Assembly: GCF_004010195.1 (NCBI RefSeq)
Contig: NW_025215087.1
Coordinates: 1 to 58,159 of the forward strand
DNA length: 58,159 bases
Source: Chiloscyllium plagiosum
Lineage: Eukaryota
Direction of reading: 5' to 3'
Part shown: positions 23,565-34,344 of the stretch, in pieces
Layout: every line of letters starts with the position of its first letter
Position numbering within the stretch: the stretch's first letter is position 1
The notes under the pieces: model-generated
Seen by the model: only the letters and a program-made list of their open reading frames with translations
Databases searched by the model: none
What the model was told of the DNA's origin: nothing
Translations under genes and position numbers: made by a program

Positions 23565-24530
23565 CATAAAGATATACAGCACGGAAATAGACTTTTTCAT
23601 CCAACACATCCATGCTGACAAGATGTCCTATATAAATCTAGTGTCCCATTTGCCAGAATTTGGCCCATATCCCTCCAAACCTTTCCTATTCACACACCCA
23701 TCCAGATGCCTTTTAAATGTTGTAATTATACCAGCCTCCACCACTTCCTCTAACCTATTTACCCTATCCATGCCCCTCATGATTTTATAAATGTCCATAA
23801 CGTCACCCCTCAGCCTCCGACACTCCAGGGAAGCAGCCCCATCCTTTTCAGGCTCTCCTTATACCACAAACCCTCCAACCCTGGCGACATCCTGATCAAT
23901 CTTTTCTGCACACTTTCAAGTTTCACAACATCGTTTCTATCCTATAGTAGGGAGACCAGAATCGAATGCAATACTCCAAAAGTGACCGAACCAATGTCCT
24001 GGACAGCTACAACATGACCTCCCAACTCCTGTACCCAATGCATTCAATGGGCCAAATGGCCTCTTTCTGCACTGCAGCGATTTAATGATTTGATTTTGTA
24101 TCAGAGTCAATTTCAGTCACTATCTCTGGTTTATGATGTGTCAGGGTGGGATCACTGGTACCAGAATTGCATGCAATACTCCAAACGTGGCCTAACTAAT
24201 GTCTTCTACAGTCGCAACATGACCTCCCGACTCCTGCACTCTGTGCACTGACCAATAAAGGCAGGCATATCAAACACCTTCTTCACTATGCTGTCTGTGT
24301 GCGACTCCCCTTTAAGGAACTAAGAACTTACCATCGAGTCATACAGCATGGTCATGGACCTTTGGTCCAACCAGTCCATGCCAACCATAAGCCCAAACTA
24401 CACCAGTCTCTCCTGCCTGCTGTTGGCCTGTATCCCTCCAAACCTTTCCTATTCATGTACTAAAACAAATGTCTTTTTATTGTACCCGCATCCACCGCTT
24501 CCTGAGGAGGTTCATTCCACCCTCTGTGTA
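23565..24530 (-). mobile_element. Nested CR1 LINE 3' fragments
   Basis: Reverse complement contains LVRSLLEYCIRFWSP and RRLRGDV motifs and CR1 3' tails. Confidence 0.75.
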
Positions 24531-24719
24531 AAATTAGTATTTGAATGGCAAGGATGAAGTTAAATTGAAATGGTTCATTAAAATACACAGCTTCTTCCAA
24601 CCCCCCTACAGCAGGTACGGTAGCAACTCCAACTCTGGAGTCTCTCAAATCGGTATTTCCATGGAGTGGAGGGGGGAGTAAAGTGTTGGATTCACAGAGG
24701 TGGGGGTCTTCTGAGAGTG

Positions 24720-26045
24720 TAAAGCTAAAGTTAAACCCCGTGCTTTGCTTGAACTCAAACTGCATTGACGTGGAGGAGAGCGAAAGGAGACCCCACGTGC
24801 ACCCCCCCCCCCCCCCCCCCCATCGTGGACGCCACAACGTGGAGGTAGCCCTGTCAATTTCAGAGTGAAACTCCCTCCCTCTGGGCAACATCTGGGAGCA
24901 AAGCAATGTCTCTCCCTTTTCATTCCTCATCCTGGGAGGGGGGGGGAGATAGAGGCTTTGGCGGGTGGGGTGGGGTGGATACTGTTCACTTGTAGCAACT
25001 GGAGTGACTCCATGGAGGGAGCAGGCTCTCCAAAGGTACTTGGATGCTCTCTGCCCCTCTCAAAGGTATTTTCCTTGTGTATTCCCTCAGTTTGGCACGT
25101 ATAGAGTTTGTACCCTGGAAAAGGTTTATTTCTTTCCTCATGTTCAGAAGTATAAGGGTAGTTTCTCATGGAACTGAGCAGTATTTAAGGGATTGGCACA
25201 TTGATTTCAAATATAGACATATGTTGCTTCATATGGTGTATATCTGATATTGTTGGCTGTTATAAAAAACTTTGTGGCTATGATTTTTCACCTTCTAATG
25301 CAGTAATAGAGTTACGTTCTATATTTCTTGTATTTTTTATTTACTTGGACAGCAGGAAGTCATTCAATAACTTCACTGGCTTTCTTTTCCCAAGCACCCT
25401 TGACATTTCATTATCATATTCTTGATTCAGCACCATTTCCAGCACCTTTGTCCACAGCTTGTTCCAGGTTATTGCGATCTAAATTACGTTTTCCTCCAAA
25501 TCTGAAAACAAATGATGCGTCACCTTCTGACAGAGCCACTTGAATCAATGGGCCTTGAATATCAGCAGCCATTGAATTCGAGAAGAAATGTTTGCTTTTG
25601 TCTGTGTGAGAGATTTTGAATACTGGTATGGCAGGAATAATACTGAGACACCCTAGTGAGGGAGATTCAGTACGCTGTCTGTGAAAAATGCGTCAAACAA
25701 TTTACTCAGCTTGGGGGATCACAATCCCACCCCTCACAGTGGGGAGAGACTATGTATCCATTCTGTTTTTAATTTCAAACCCAGCGCGACACAAAGAATG
25801 CTCCCCTCATGGGGAAACCATGGAAATGTTGGGACTGTGGGAAAGGGTTCCCTTCCCCATTGGGGCTAGACACCCACAGACGCGTTCTCACTGGGGAGAC
25901 GTCGTTCTCCTGCTCAGTATGTGGGAAGGGATTCAATTGGCTGTGCAGCCTGCAGACACACCAGCGAGTTCACACCAGGGAGAGGCTGTTCATCTGCGGC
26001 CATTGTGGGAAATGATTCATTCAGTCGTCCCATCTGCAGACACAC
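24720..26045 (+). repeat. Segmental duplication D (direct copy of ~15925-17800, lacking the tRNA-Pro insertion)
   Basis: Shared blocks such as GTGAAACTCCCTCCCTCTGGGCAACATCTGGGAG, TTCCTTGTGTATTCCCTCAGTTTGGCACGTAT and ATATGGTGTATATCTGATATTG. Confidence 0.85.
25809..26045 (+). pseudogene. C2H2 zinc-finger pseudogene, copy D (2 fingers plus a truncated third)
   Basis: MGKPWKCWDCGKGFPSPLGLDTHRRVLTGETSFSCSVCGKGFNWLCSLQTHQRVHTRERLFICGHCGK*, with a premature TGA in finger 3. Confidence 0.85.
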
Positions 26046-26525
26046 CTTTTGTGTCCTTTTGAAATTTGTCTGGCTGCTCAACTTTATATGTCTATTCCCC
26101 ACGGTAGAGGAAGTCCAAAGCTAGAGACGAAGGAAATATAAGAATTGTATGATAACTGGCAGAACTCATAGCAGCACTGGCATACAGAAGGGTTTGGGCA
26201 TATAGATCCGTGGAAGTGGTAAAGCAGGTGGGTACGGTGATCAAGAAGAAACACAGCACGTTTCCTGGAGTGTAAGAGTTGGCGAGTTACACCTATTTAT
26301 TCTGGCCATATTTGGAATACTACGTTCAGTTCTGGTCGCCACACTACCGGAAGGATGTGGGTGCTCTGGCAGAGGGTACAGACAAGGTTCACCAGGACAT
26401 TGCCAGGTCTGAAGGGCTCTAGTTATGAGGAGAAGTGGCATAAACCTGATTTTTTTTTCTCTCTGGGAAGACAGAGGCTGAGGGGAGACCTCAACAATAT
26501 GATGAGACACAGATTGGTTGGACAT

Positions 26526-26927
26526 GGGTGGCAGGGTAGCTCAGTGGTTTGCACTGATGCCACACAGTGCCAGACACCCGAGTTCGATTTCAGTCTCGGG
26601 TGACTGTCTGTGTGGAGTTTGCACATTCTTCCTGCATGCCACCTCTCATGTCTGCAAGGGCTTCCACCTACATTCCAAAAATATGTAGGTTAGGGTGGAT
26701 TAGCCATGCTCAATTACCCATAGTGTCCAGGGATAGGCAGGTTAAAATGGATTGTCTGTGTGTAAATTGCCCGAGTGTTCAGGGATGTGTATGTCAGGTG
26801 CATTAGTTAGGGGTAAATATAGAGTAATAGGGGTAGGGGAATGAGTCCCTGTGGGTTAATCTTTGGAGGGTCGGTGTTGACTTGTTGGACTGAATCATCT
26901 GTTTCCACCCTGGAGGGATTCTATGAT
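26526..26927 (+). mobile_element. HE1-type SINE inserted in a CR1 fragment
   Basis: tRNA-like head GGTAGCTCAGTGGTTTGCACTG...AGTTCGATTTC, TGTGGAGTTTGCACATT core with an internal duplication, CR1-like tail. Confidence 0.75.
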
Positions 26928-27253
26928 CGTCAGAGGCTTTTTTTCCCTTCACGGTGGAAAGGTCAACTAAAATAGGGCACAGGTTCGAGACGAGAAGGGG
27001 ACTTTCAATGTTGTGAAACTTGAGAGGATTGAGAAAAGATTCACAAGGATGTTGCCAGGGTAAGAGCTTTAAACCACAGGGAGAGGCTGAATAGGATGGG
27101 GCTGTTTTCCCAGGAGCATCGCAGGCTGAGAGTTTTTTTTAAAGAGGTTTATAAAAACTTGAGGGGCGTGGATGGGGTGAATAGACAAGGTCTTTTCCCT
27201 GGGATGGGGGAGTGCAGAACTGTTGTGGTTCTGCCGAGCTGGGCATTTGTCTT

Positions 27254-27293
27254 GCAAACGTTTCGTCCCCTGTCTAGGTGACATCCTCAGTGC
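27254..27293 (-). ncRNA. Minimal hammerhead ribozyme motif in Penelope terminal repeat (left arm)
   Basis: GCA-CTGAGGA-T-GTCACCT-AGAC-AGGGGAC-GAAA-CG-TT-TGC. Confidence 0.65.
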
Positions 27294-28048
27294 GTGGGAG
27301 CCTCCTGTGAAGCGCTTCTGTGCTGTTTCCTCCGGCATTTATAGTGGCCTGTCTGTGCCACTTCCGGTTGTCAGTTCCAGCTGTCCGCTGTAGGGGCCGG
27401 TATATTGGGTCCAAGTCGATGTGTTTGTTGATAGAGTCTGTGGATGAGTGCCATGCGTCTAGGAATTCCCTGGCTGTTCTCTGTTTGGCTTGCCCGATAA
27501 TGATAGTGTTGTCCCAGTCGAATTCATGTTGCTTGTCATCTGTGTGTGTGGCTGCTAAGGATAGCTGGTCGTGTCGTTTCGTGGCGAGGTCCTATGTAGT
27601 GTTTTGTGCAGTCCTTGCATGGGATTTTGTACAGTACATTTGTTTTGCTCATGTTGGGTATCGGGCCATTTCCGAACTGACAGCCAGACTACTGCGACCA
27701 CTAGGACTCATCAAACAGGAAGACAGCTAACGATCCGCATCCACGAACACCAACTAGCCACGAAACGACACGACCAACTATCCTTAGTAGCCACACACAC
27801 ATATGACAAGCAACATGAATTCGACTGGGACAACACTACCATTATAGGGCAAGCCAAACAGAGAGCAGCCAGGGAATTCCAAGAGGCATGGCACTCATCC
27901 ACAGACTCTATCAACAAACACATCGTGCTGGACCCAATATACTGGCCACTACAGCGGACAGCTGGAACTGACAACCGGAAGCGGCAGAGACAAGCCACTA
28001 CAAATGCCGGAGGAAACAGCACAGAAGCGCTTCACAGGAGGCTCCCAA

Positions 28049-28088
28049 GCACTGAGGATGTCACCTAGAGAGGGGACGAAACGTTTGC
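28049..28088 (+). ncRNA. Minimal hammerhead ribozyme motif in Penelope terminal repeat (right arm)
   Basis: GCA-CTGAGGA-T-GTCACCT-AGAG-AGGGGAC-GAAA-CG-TT-TGC; CUGANGA/GAAA core intact. Confidence 0.65.
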
Positions 28089-28929
28089 AAGACAAATGCC
28101 CAGTTCGGCGAACAGAACCACAACAACGAGCACCCGAGCTACAAATCTTCTCACAAACTTTGAAGTGCAGAACTCGAGGGCATAGGTTGAGGGCGAGAGG
28201 GGAAACATTTAAAAGGGACCTTGCAGTCAATCTTTCCATGCAAAGGGTTGTGTATGCATGGAACGAGCTGCCAGAGGAAGTGGTGGAGTCTGGTGGCGGC
28301 ATCTGGATGGATATATGAATAGGAAGGGTTTAGAGGGATATGGGCCAAGTGCTGGCAAATGGGACAAGATGAATTTTGGATATCCGGTCGGCATGGACAA
28401 TTTAGATTGAAAGGTCTGTTTCTGTGCTTTACGTCTCGGACTTTAAGGCTGATGAAAAATATTGGCATTCGTCGAAACATTTATGCAATAGGAAATTATA
28501 AGAGGGTAAAGATAAGCCTCACGTCATTGATCCACGAATCCCGGTGTAGTATGGATGTATTTCCAGTAATAGAGTCGGTAGGAAGGAGTCCAAAAGATGG
28601 CTTCTTTTACAAAAAGTCACACTGGATACTTAAATCCGAGTCTTCTGGGAATCTAAGACTACCGTGCGTTAATATAAGACAGATAAGTCTGGGGTATATG
28701 GTACATATTTGATGGAATGTTTGTGGCTCTGAAAGCCTGATTTTCAGTGTTTCTGGGCTCGTAATATTGCACTGCAGCATATTGTATATCTTCAGTAAGA
28801 ACGTCAATACCGCATGATAAATGTCCATTCAGCAACTTGAGTGAACTCTTCATGGAGCATGCAATCCACCACATTACCCTGCTGTATACATTTACATATA
28901 GGTCAGCACAAAGATCTTGGGTATGAAGA

Positions 28930-29220
28930 GAGGAAAGAATGTTTCACAGAAACTAGAATTGTGTGTTCTGATTTTCTATTGTGGACTGACAGCAATGACC
29001 TTTGCAATCTCTTTCTACAGGAATATTACAAGAGAAGAATTTGGAGGTAGATATCTCAGACCAAGCATCACATCGAAGTCTGACAGTCACTTGACTCACC
29101 AGGACTTGGATATTGATGGCCTTGACAACAAGGATGAGGCGGTCTGTCTGCTCAGTTAGGTTGTAAACGTCAGTGTGACTGGAAACTCAGTCTCACATAC
29201 CCACACACCAGAGTAGTGAC
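28930..29220 (+). pseudogene. Truncated 5' part of a ZNF terminal exon (splice acceptor at 29020)
   Basis: TGGACTGACAGCAATGACCTTTGCAATCTCTTTCTACAG is homologous to the acceptor TGGACTGACAGTGATGATTTTTGTAATCCCTTTTTACAG (41708) of the ZF pseudogene. No finger array follows. Confidence 0.5.
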
Positions 29221-29238
29221 CTGAACATGAAAAATTAC

Positions 29239-29310
29239 TTTCCTGACCGGGAATCGAACCCGGGCCGCGGTGGTGAGAGTGCCGAATCCTAACCTCTAGA
29301 CCACCAGGGA
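29239..29310 (-). tRNA. tRNA-Glu-CTC, probably pseudogenised
   Basis: TCCCTGGTGGTCTAGAGGTTAGGATTCGGCACTCTCACCACCGCGGCCCGGGTTCGATTCCCGGTCAGGAAA. B box intact and T5 terminator at 29230-29234, but two anticodon-stem mismatches and one acceptor mismatch. Confidence 0.8.
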
Positions 29311-29350
29311 AACGTGAATGCATCTTGGTATCTCTGCTGAAAATTGTTAC

Positions 29351-29387
29351 GCTGCCCGGGAATCGAACCCGGGCCACGGTAGTAAGA
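29351..29387 (-). pseudogene. 3' half of a second tRNA-Glu
   Basis: Minus strand ..CTTACTACCGTGGCCCGGGTTCGATTCCCGGGCAGC; the 5' half is replaced by a Penelope fragment. Confidence 0.65.
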
Positions 29388-30260
29388 AGACTTTCACCGG
29401 TACATCCACCAATGTAATATTTTGTATCCATTGCTCCCGATGCGATCACTACAATATTGGGGAGACTGGAGAGTCAAGTCACATCTCCGGGACACCCGCA
29501 CCAATCAACCCCATCGCCCTATGGAACAACATTTCAACCTCCGCCCCCCACTCTGCCTTCACCGCCACTCCCTTCCCACCCGACGCCTGTAGGAAGAACA
29601 CTTCATGTTCCGCCAGGGCGTCAATGTGGACTTCACCAGTTTCCTCATTTCCCCTCCCCCACCTTACCTCAGTTCCAACCTTCCAGCCAGCACTGACATC
29701 ATGACCTGTCCTACTTGCCAATCTCCCTTCCCCCCTATCCGCTCCACCCTTCTCTCTGACCTGTCACCTCCATCCCCACCACCATTCACCTATTTTACTC
29801 TTTGCTACCTTCGCCCCAGCACACCATCACCCCCAATTTATCTCTCCACCCTGGAAGCGTCCTGCCCCTATTCCTGATGAAGGGCTTTCGCCCGAAACGT
29901 CGATTTTCCTGCTCCTGGGGAGCTGCTTGACCTGTTGTGCTTTTCCAGCACCACTCTGGTCTAAACTCTGGTTTCCAGCATCTGCAGTCCTCACTTTTGC
30001 CTACCCAATAAACCCAGTGTGCCGATTTCTCATCAACAAATTGACCCAAGCAGACACAACGTCTTCAGAAACCCGAGCCACATTACCTTACATTAAATAC
30101 ATCTTTTAAATGATGTCCAGACAACTCAAACCTCTCAGCATCATGGTAGCCCACAAACCTACCAACACACTTAAACAGCGGCTAGTGAAACTGAAATACC
30201 CGATACAAACAACCAGCAAACGAATGTTATTTACAAAATACCATACAAGGAAATATATAC
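29388..30260 (+). mobile_element. Penelope-like relics (two families), including GIY-YIG motif and a terminal repeat with a hammerhead at 29871-29903
   Basis: TFTGTSTNVIFCIHCSRCDHYNIGETG; TTC-CTGATGA-AGGGC-TTTC-GCCC-GAAACGTC; then ATLPYIK...SRQLKPLSIMVAHKPTNTLKQRL. Confidence 0.8.
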
Positions 30261-31193
30261 ATGAACTCTGCCGCACAGTTCTCTGTGGCAAGAAATGCTG
30301 GGATGAGATAAGGAAGATATTTTCAGCCAAAAAGAATCGACACTGACTGGACAGCTATTTAAAATCACCCCTGTCAGCCCAGGATGGAAGATCCGAAGGG
30401 ATGAACAGTTTTCTTATTTTCGGAAGATTCACAAAGCTGAGACTGGGTTTTGGTGTTTGTTCCCATTCCAGTCCCAGGAGCCGCAATGGTTGGGGTGGTG
30501 AGTTGGGGAAAGTGAAATGTGCCCGTGAGCAGCGTGTGGGGCTATTTCAGCTTCCCCTCCTCTGACAGCGCTGTGACGTGACTCTGATGTTCTCAGGGAC
30601 ACTCACTGATGCGAGACAGTGAAAAGATTCTCATTCCCGCAGATCAGGAATTCAAACCGTTTGCCGGCTTCAGGACAATGAGAAAGATTAATTGGGGTGT
30701 GTCAAGAAGCTGTGAGCTGCATTTCAAACAGGTAGGTGGGGTCAGTGGCGTCATCCACTGCGCCCCCGGCCTGTGCATATCTAACGCCACCATGCTGCAG
30801 GGTTCTGACGTTAACACGGACATGCGCAGCAATGGGAACCTTCACAAGGTGAACAGCCAAAGATAATCACCGTCACTGCTTCCCTTCCATCGTCCCAACT
30901 TTGTGAAGCAGTATCTTTCACTGGCAAATAAAACACATTAATCCTCAGGTGCCTGCTTCATTTCGATCACGACTTCACGCCCCTCACTGTTCTAGTCTCA
31001 TTTCCAAACACTTGGCTCATAGCCTCAAAAGCAGCTCTGTGGGTATCTGCTTGTTCCAACCTGACAGGCAGTGCGTTGCAGATTCCCGACCAGTCCCAAT
31101 GTGAGTTAAATATCTTTCACCCTTAACTGATTTGAATCTTAAATAAGAAACCGGGGAACAGTCTGCCTTTCGTTTTGACGACATTTCTCAGTT

Positions 31194-31276
31194 TGTAGTC
31201 GACAGGGTTCCCACCTGCGTGGGGAAACCGCAATAGATTTCAAGTCCGTCGCATTAACCACTCTGTCCACGAATAA
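31194..31276 (-). pseudogene. tRNA-Ser-TGA pseudogene
   Basis: TTATTCGTGGACAGAGTGGTTAATGCGACGGACTTGAAATCTATTGCGGTTTCCCCACGCAGGTGGGAACCCTGTCGACTACA; long variable arm, B box destroyed. Confidence 0.85.
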
Positions 31277-32149
31277 AGAACCACACTGACAGCTTCATTT
31301 CCCAGGTCTCTCTGCCTGTGGAGCTGAGAAAGAGTGAATTATTGCTGGGTTTGTTTGAATCCAATCACTTCACAGGTTTCGAAAGGGTTAAATATCTTCA
31401 AATGGAGAGTCTGGTTGATTCATCCCGAAAGATGAAATCAACTTTCAGTTAAAAGCAAAAACAGAAATTGCAGGAGCAACTCAGCAGGTCAGGCACCATC
31501 GGTGGAAAGAGAATCAGAGACAACATTTCAGAACTCTGTTTTCTCCCACAGGTACCGCCGAACCTGCTGAGTTTCTCCAGCAGTTCCTCTTTCTGTCTCG
31601 GATTCTCAGCATCCGCAGTCCTTTAGTTTGAAATTAAATCAATTCAGCCTCATGTGCAGGAATGAAAATCCTTTCAATTTCCAAAAAAAAGGCAGAGATT
31701 TCAAGGCATTTGGAAAAAAAGTAAAAGTGACATTAGGAAGAACATTTTCACACAGGGAGTGGTTCGGATCCATAAATCCCTGTCTGACCGTGACAAAGAG
31801 GCAGATTCACGAACACAACAGGGAATTCGGTGGTCATGCTCAAAGTAACAATGTGGAGATTTACAGGGAGAAGGCAAGGGAATGATACGAATAGAGACTC
31901 TCATTTACTTGCTGTGTAGAACTAGGTGGGCCTCCAAGTGCGCTGTGATACGTGTTGTGGTTCAGAGTGACCTCACCGTTCGACCAACGGAAGGTGGGAA
32001 TTTAGAAAAGTTAATATTTACACAGTCTCCTCACGTCAACGCAACAGCAAAATGATTTAATTATCTACGAGTGGAGAGAGCTTGTTCTTGGAGATAGGAC
32101 AAACAGCTGGCTCAGGGATGCCATTCCACATTGCTCTCTTTGCCAGCAG

Positions 32150-32790
32150 TTCAGAGGGAGAACATTGGAGGGACAAAGAAGTGAATAACGATCTGTGTCG
32201 GAGGGTGACTAACTATTAATGGAGACTGTTCCTGGCTAACAATAAGTCGTGTGTAACAGCAGACTATGTGATAACAAGGCCTCCTGTGGGTGTGGTAGGG
32301 GTCAAGGGCATGGGGGAGTTCGGGTCCAAACAATATTGAACTCGATGTTGAAGACTGGAGGGCTATAGGATCTTCAAGTGGAAACTGAGGCGTTGGTCTT
32401 CCATCTGGAGCTGAGCTTTGCTGGAACACTACTGCATGCCTGAGACAGAGCAGTTGGCCAGGGAACAGGGTGGCGTGTTAAAGTGACAGGCAACCAGAAG
32501 CTCATGGCCTTTTTTTGCGAGCAGAACCGAGGTGTTCTGCGAAGCAGTCACCCAGTTTATGCTTCATGCTACGTTGGGGAAACCACATTGTGAGCAACAA
32601 ATGCAGTAGACTAGTTTGTGGCAAATGTGCAGGTAAAGCGCTGCTTTACCTGGAAGGTCTGTTCGAGGAGGGAGCAGGTAAATGGGCAGGTGTTACACAT
32701 TCGGCGGTTGCAGGGGAAAGTGCCTTGGCACTATGGGAGGTGGGTGTGGGGTGTTGTGAGTGAAGGAAGAGTGGACCCGAGGTGTAAGCC
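32150..32790 (-). mobile_element. Penelope-like element relic (GIY-YIG region)
   Basis: Minus strand TFQVKQRFTCT..LVYCICCSQCG...KLGDCFAEHL; partial duplicate at ~56565-56922. Confidence 0.75.
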
Positions 32791-33857
32791 CTGCCCATTT
32801 ACCTCCTTTCATATATAAATCCGTGAAGTTGAAAGGACTTTCCATAGAATGATTCAGTACCACGTGACTCATGGACTAATTCGTATTCATGTTCCGGGGC
32901 CAGCATCATTATTGTGTCTCAGCAGCTGCAGGCCATCACCGGGGGCTCGTCCTATGACGTCATGGTGAGACTGGAAGCTCCCGGGTCAGTTTGTCAAAGA
33001 AACCTCCCTGTGGGTCAGGGCAACCCTGCATCGGGAAGCACTGGGATGGTCAACCACGATCAGTTTACATGGGGAACACATCTCCACATTACACAGCCTC
33101 GAGGCAAATTTCCCTTCCTTTTACTTAAAGTTCAAGAGCAATCAAACCGAAATTCCCCAAGTAAGTTTGAAAGAATTTCTTCCAGGTGTGCGCTAAATAT
33201 ATCTATGAGAACTTTGTTAAAGTTTAAACGTTGCGAGTGTTGAAGTTTTGTGCTTTTGGAGAAATCACAGCTCGAAAAAACAGAATGTAGGAATTTAGAC
33301 AGAGTTGATATTTGCACGACGGCGATATGTCTGCGGGTGCGTGATGAGAGCATCACCCAGAAGGGAAACCATCTCTCCTATTCACTCAATGTCGTCTTTA
33401 GCAACTTTCCAGTATAACGGCGCACTGTTCTGTACCTCGCCTTCTCATTTCTTTCTCAAAAAACTTCAACATAAATATTTCACCTTGATATACTGGCCCA
33501 ATGTGCACAGTTGAGATGACACTCTCGTGGAGGTCTGAGTGGTCTTCAGTTGTTCTCTGTATCCTGTGTTGAGGAGGGCAATGCTTGTCACGGGTCACTC
33601 CGGTGTTAGAGAAAAGTTTAGAAACAAAATGGTTTAACTTTCTGCCAGTAGAGAGGGCCCGTGACAAACAGCAGCAGGGAGCCAGATGAGAAGCAGCTGT
33701 TCTGAAAACTATTTGCCGCTTGAAATTCTCAGAGTAATGTGGGTTGCAGATTCCCGACCAGTCCCAATGTGATTGAAATATTTCAACCCCTGCACTGATT
33801 TGCATCTTTAAAAAAACGTGGAGCAATCTCCCTTTCTTTTTGACGACAGTTCTCAAC

Positions 33858-33940
33858 TGTAGTCGGCAGGGTTCACACCTGCGTGGAGAAACCGCAGTGG
33901 ATTTCAAGTCCATCGCATTCGCCACTCGGCCCACCAATAC
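33858..33940 (-). pseudogene. tRNA-Ser-TGA pseudogene
   Basis: GTATTGGTGGGCCGAGTGGCGAATGCGATGGACTTGAAATCCACTGCGGTTTCTCCACGCAGGTGTGAACCCTGCCGACTACA; B box TTC->TGT. Confidence 0.85.
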
Positions 33941-34270
33941 AGAACCACACTGACAGCTTCATTTCCCAGGTCTCTCTGCCTGTGAGCAGGTCAGGCAGCA
34001 TCTGTAGAAAGAGAATCAGAGACAACATTTCAGAACTCGTTTTTTCTCATCCAGGTACACCCAAACCTTCTGACTTTCTCCATAGTTCCTCTTTCTGTCT
34101 CGGACTCTCAGCATCCGCAGTCATTTACGGTAGAAATTCAATCAATTCAGAAACCCCTTTGTGCTTCCTCAGTGGAGAAGATTTCCGTTTGGGAAACATT
34201 TTCCTGACACCGTTAAAAACGCGCACCTTCGCAGCCAAGAAAGCGGTAGGAGCGAGAACAACAAACATTC

Positions 34271-34344
34271 CGTCTCTGGGTGGTCTCGAACCAACAACAT
34301 TTCGGTTAAAAGCCGAACGCGCTGACCAATTGCGCCACAAAGAC
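34271..34344 (-). tRNA. tRNA-Asn body with TTT (Lys) anticodon
   Basis: GTCTTTGTGGCGCAATTGGTCAGCGCGTTCGGCTTTTAACCGAAATGTTGTTGGTTCGAGACCACCCAGAGACG. Acceptor, D and anticodon stems pair; one T-stem mismatch. Functional status unknown. Confidence 0.75.

Larger units (their letters stand above)
27222..28163 (+). mobile_element. Penelope-like insertion with inverted 5' arm and 11-bp TSD, inside a CR1
   Basis: 27222-27585 is the reverse complement of 27757-28124. GIY-YIG C-terminus QTGRQLTIRIHEHQLATKRHDQLSLVA.H...HEFDW. TSD AGTGCAGAACT at 27211-27221 and 28164-28174. Confidence 0.88.

Noticed and set aside
31194..31276. Selenocysteine or opal-suppressor tRNA
   Set aside because: The anticodon is TGA (reads UCA, Ser), not TCA, and the body matches ordinary tRNA-Ser.
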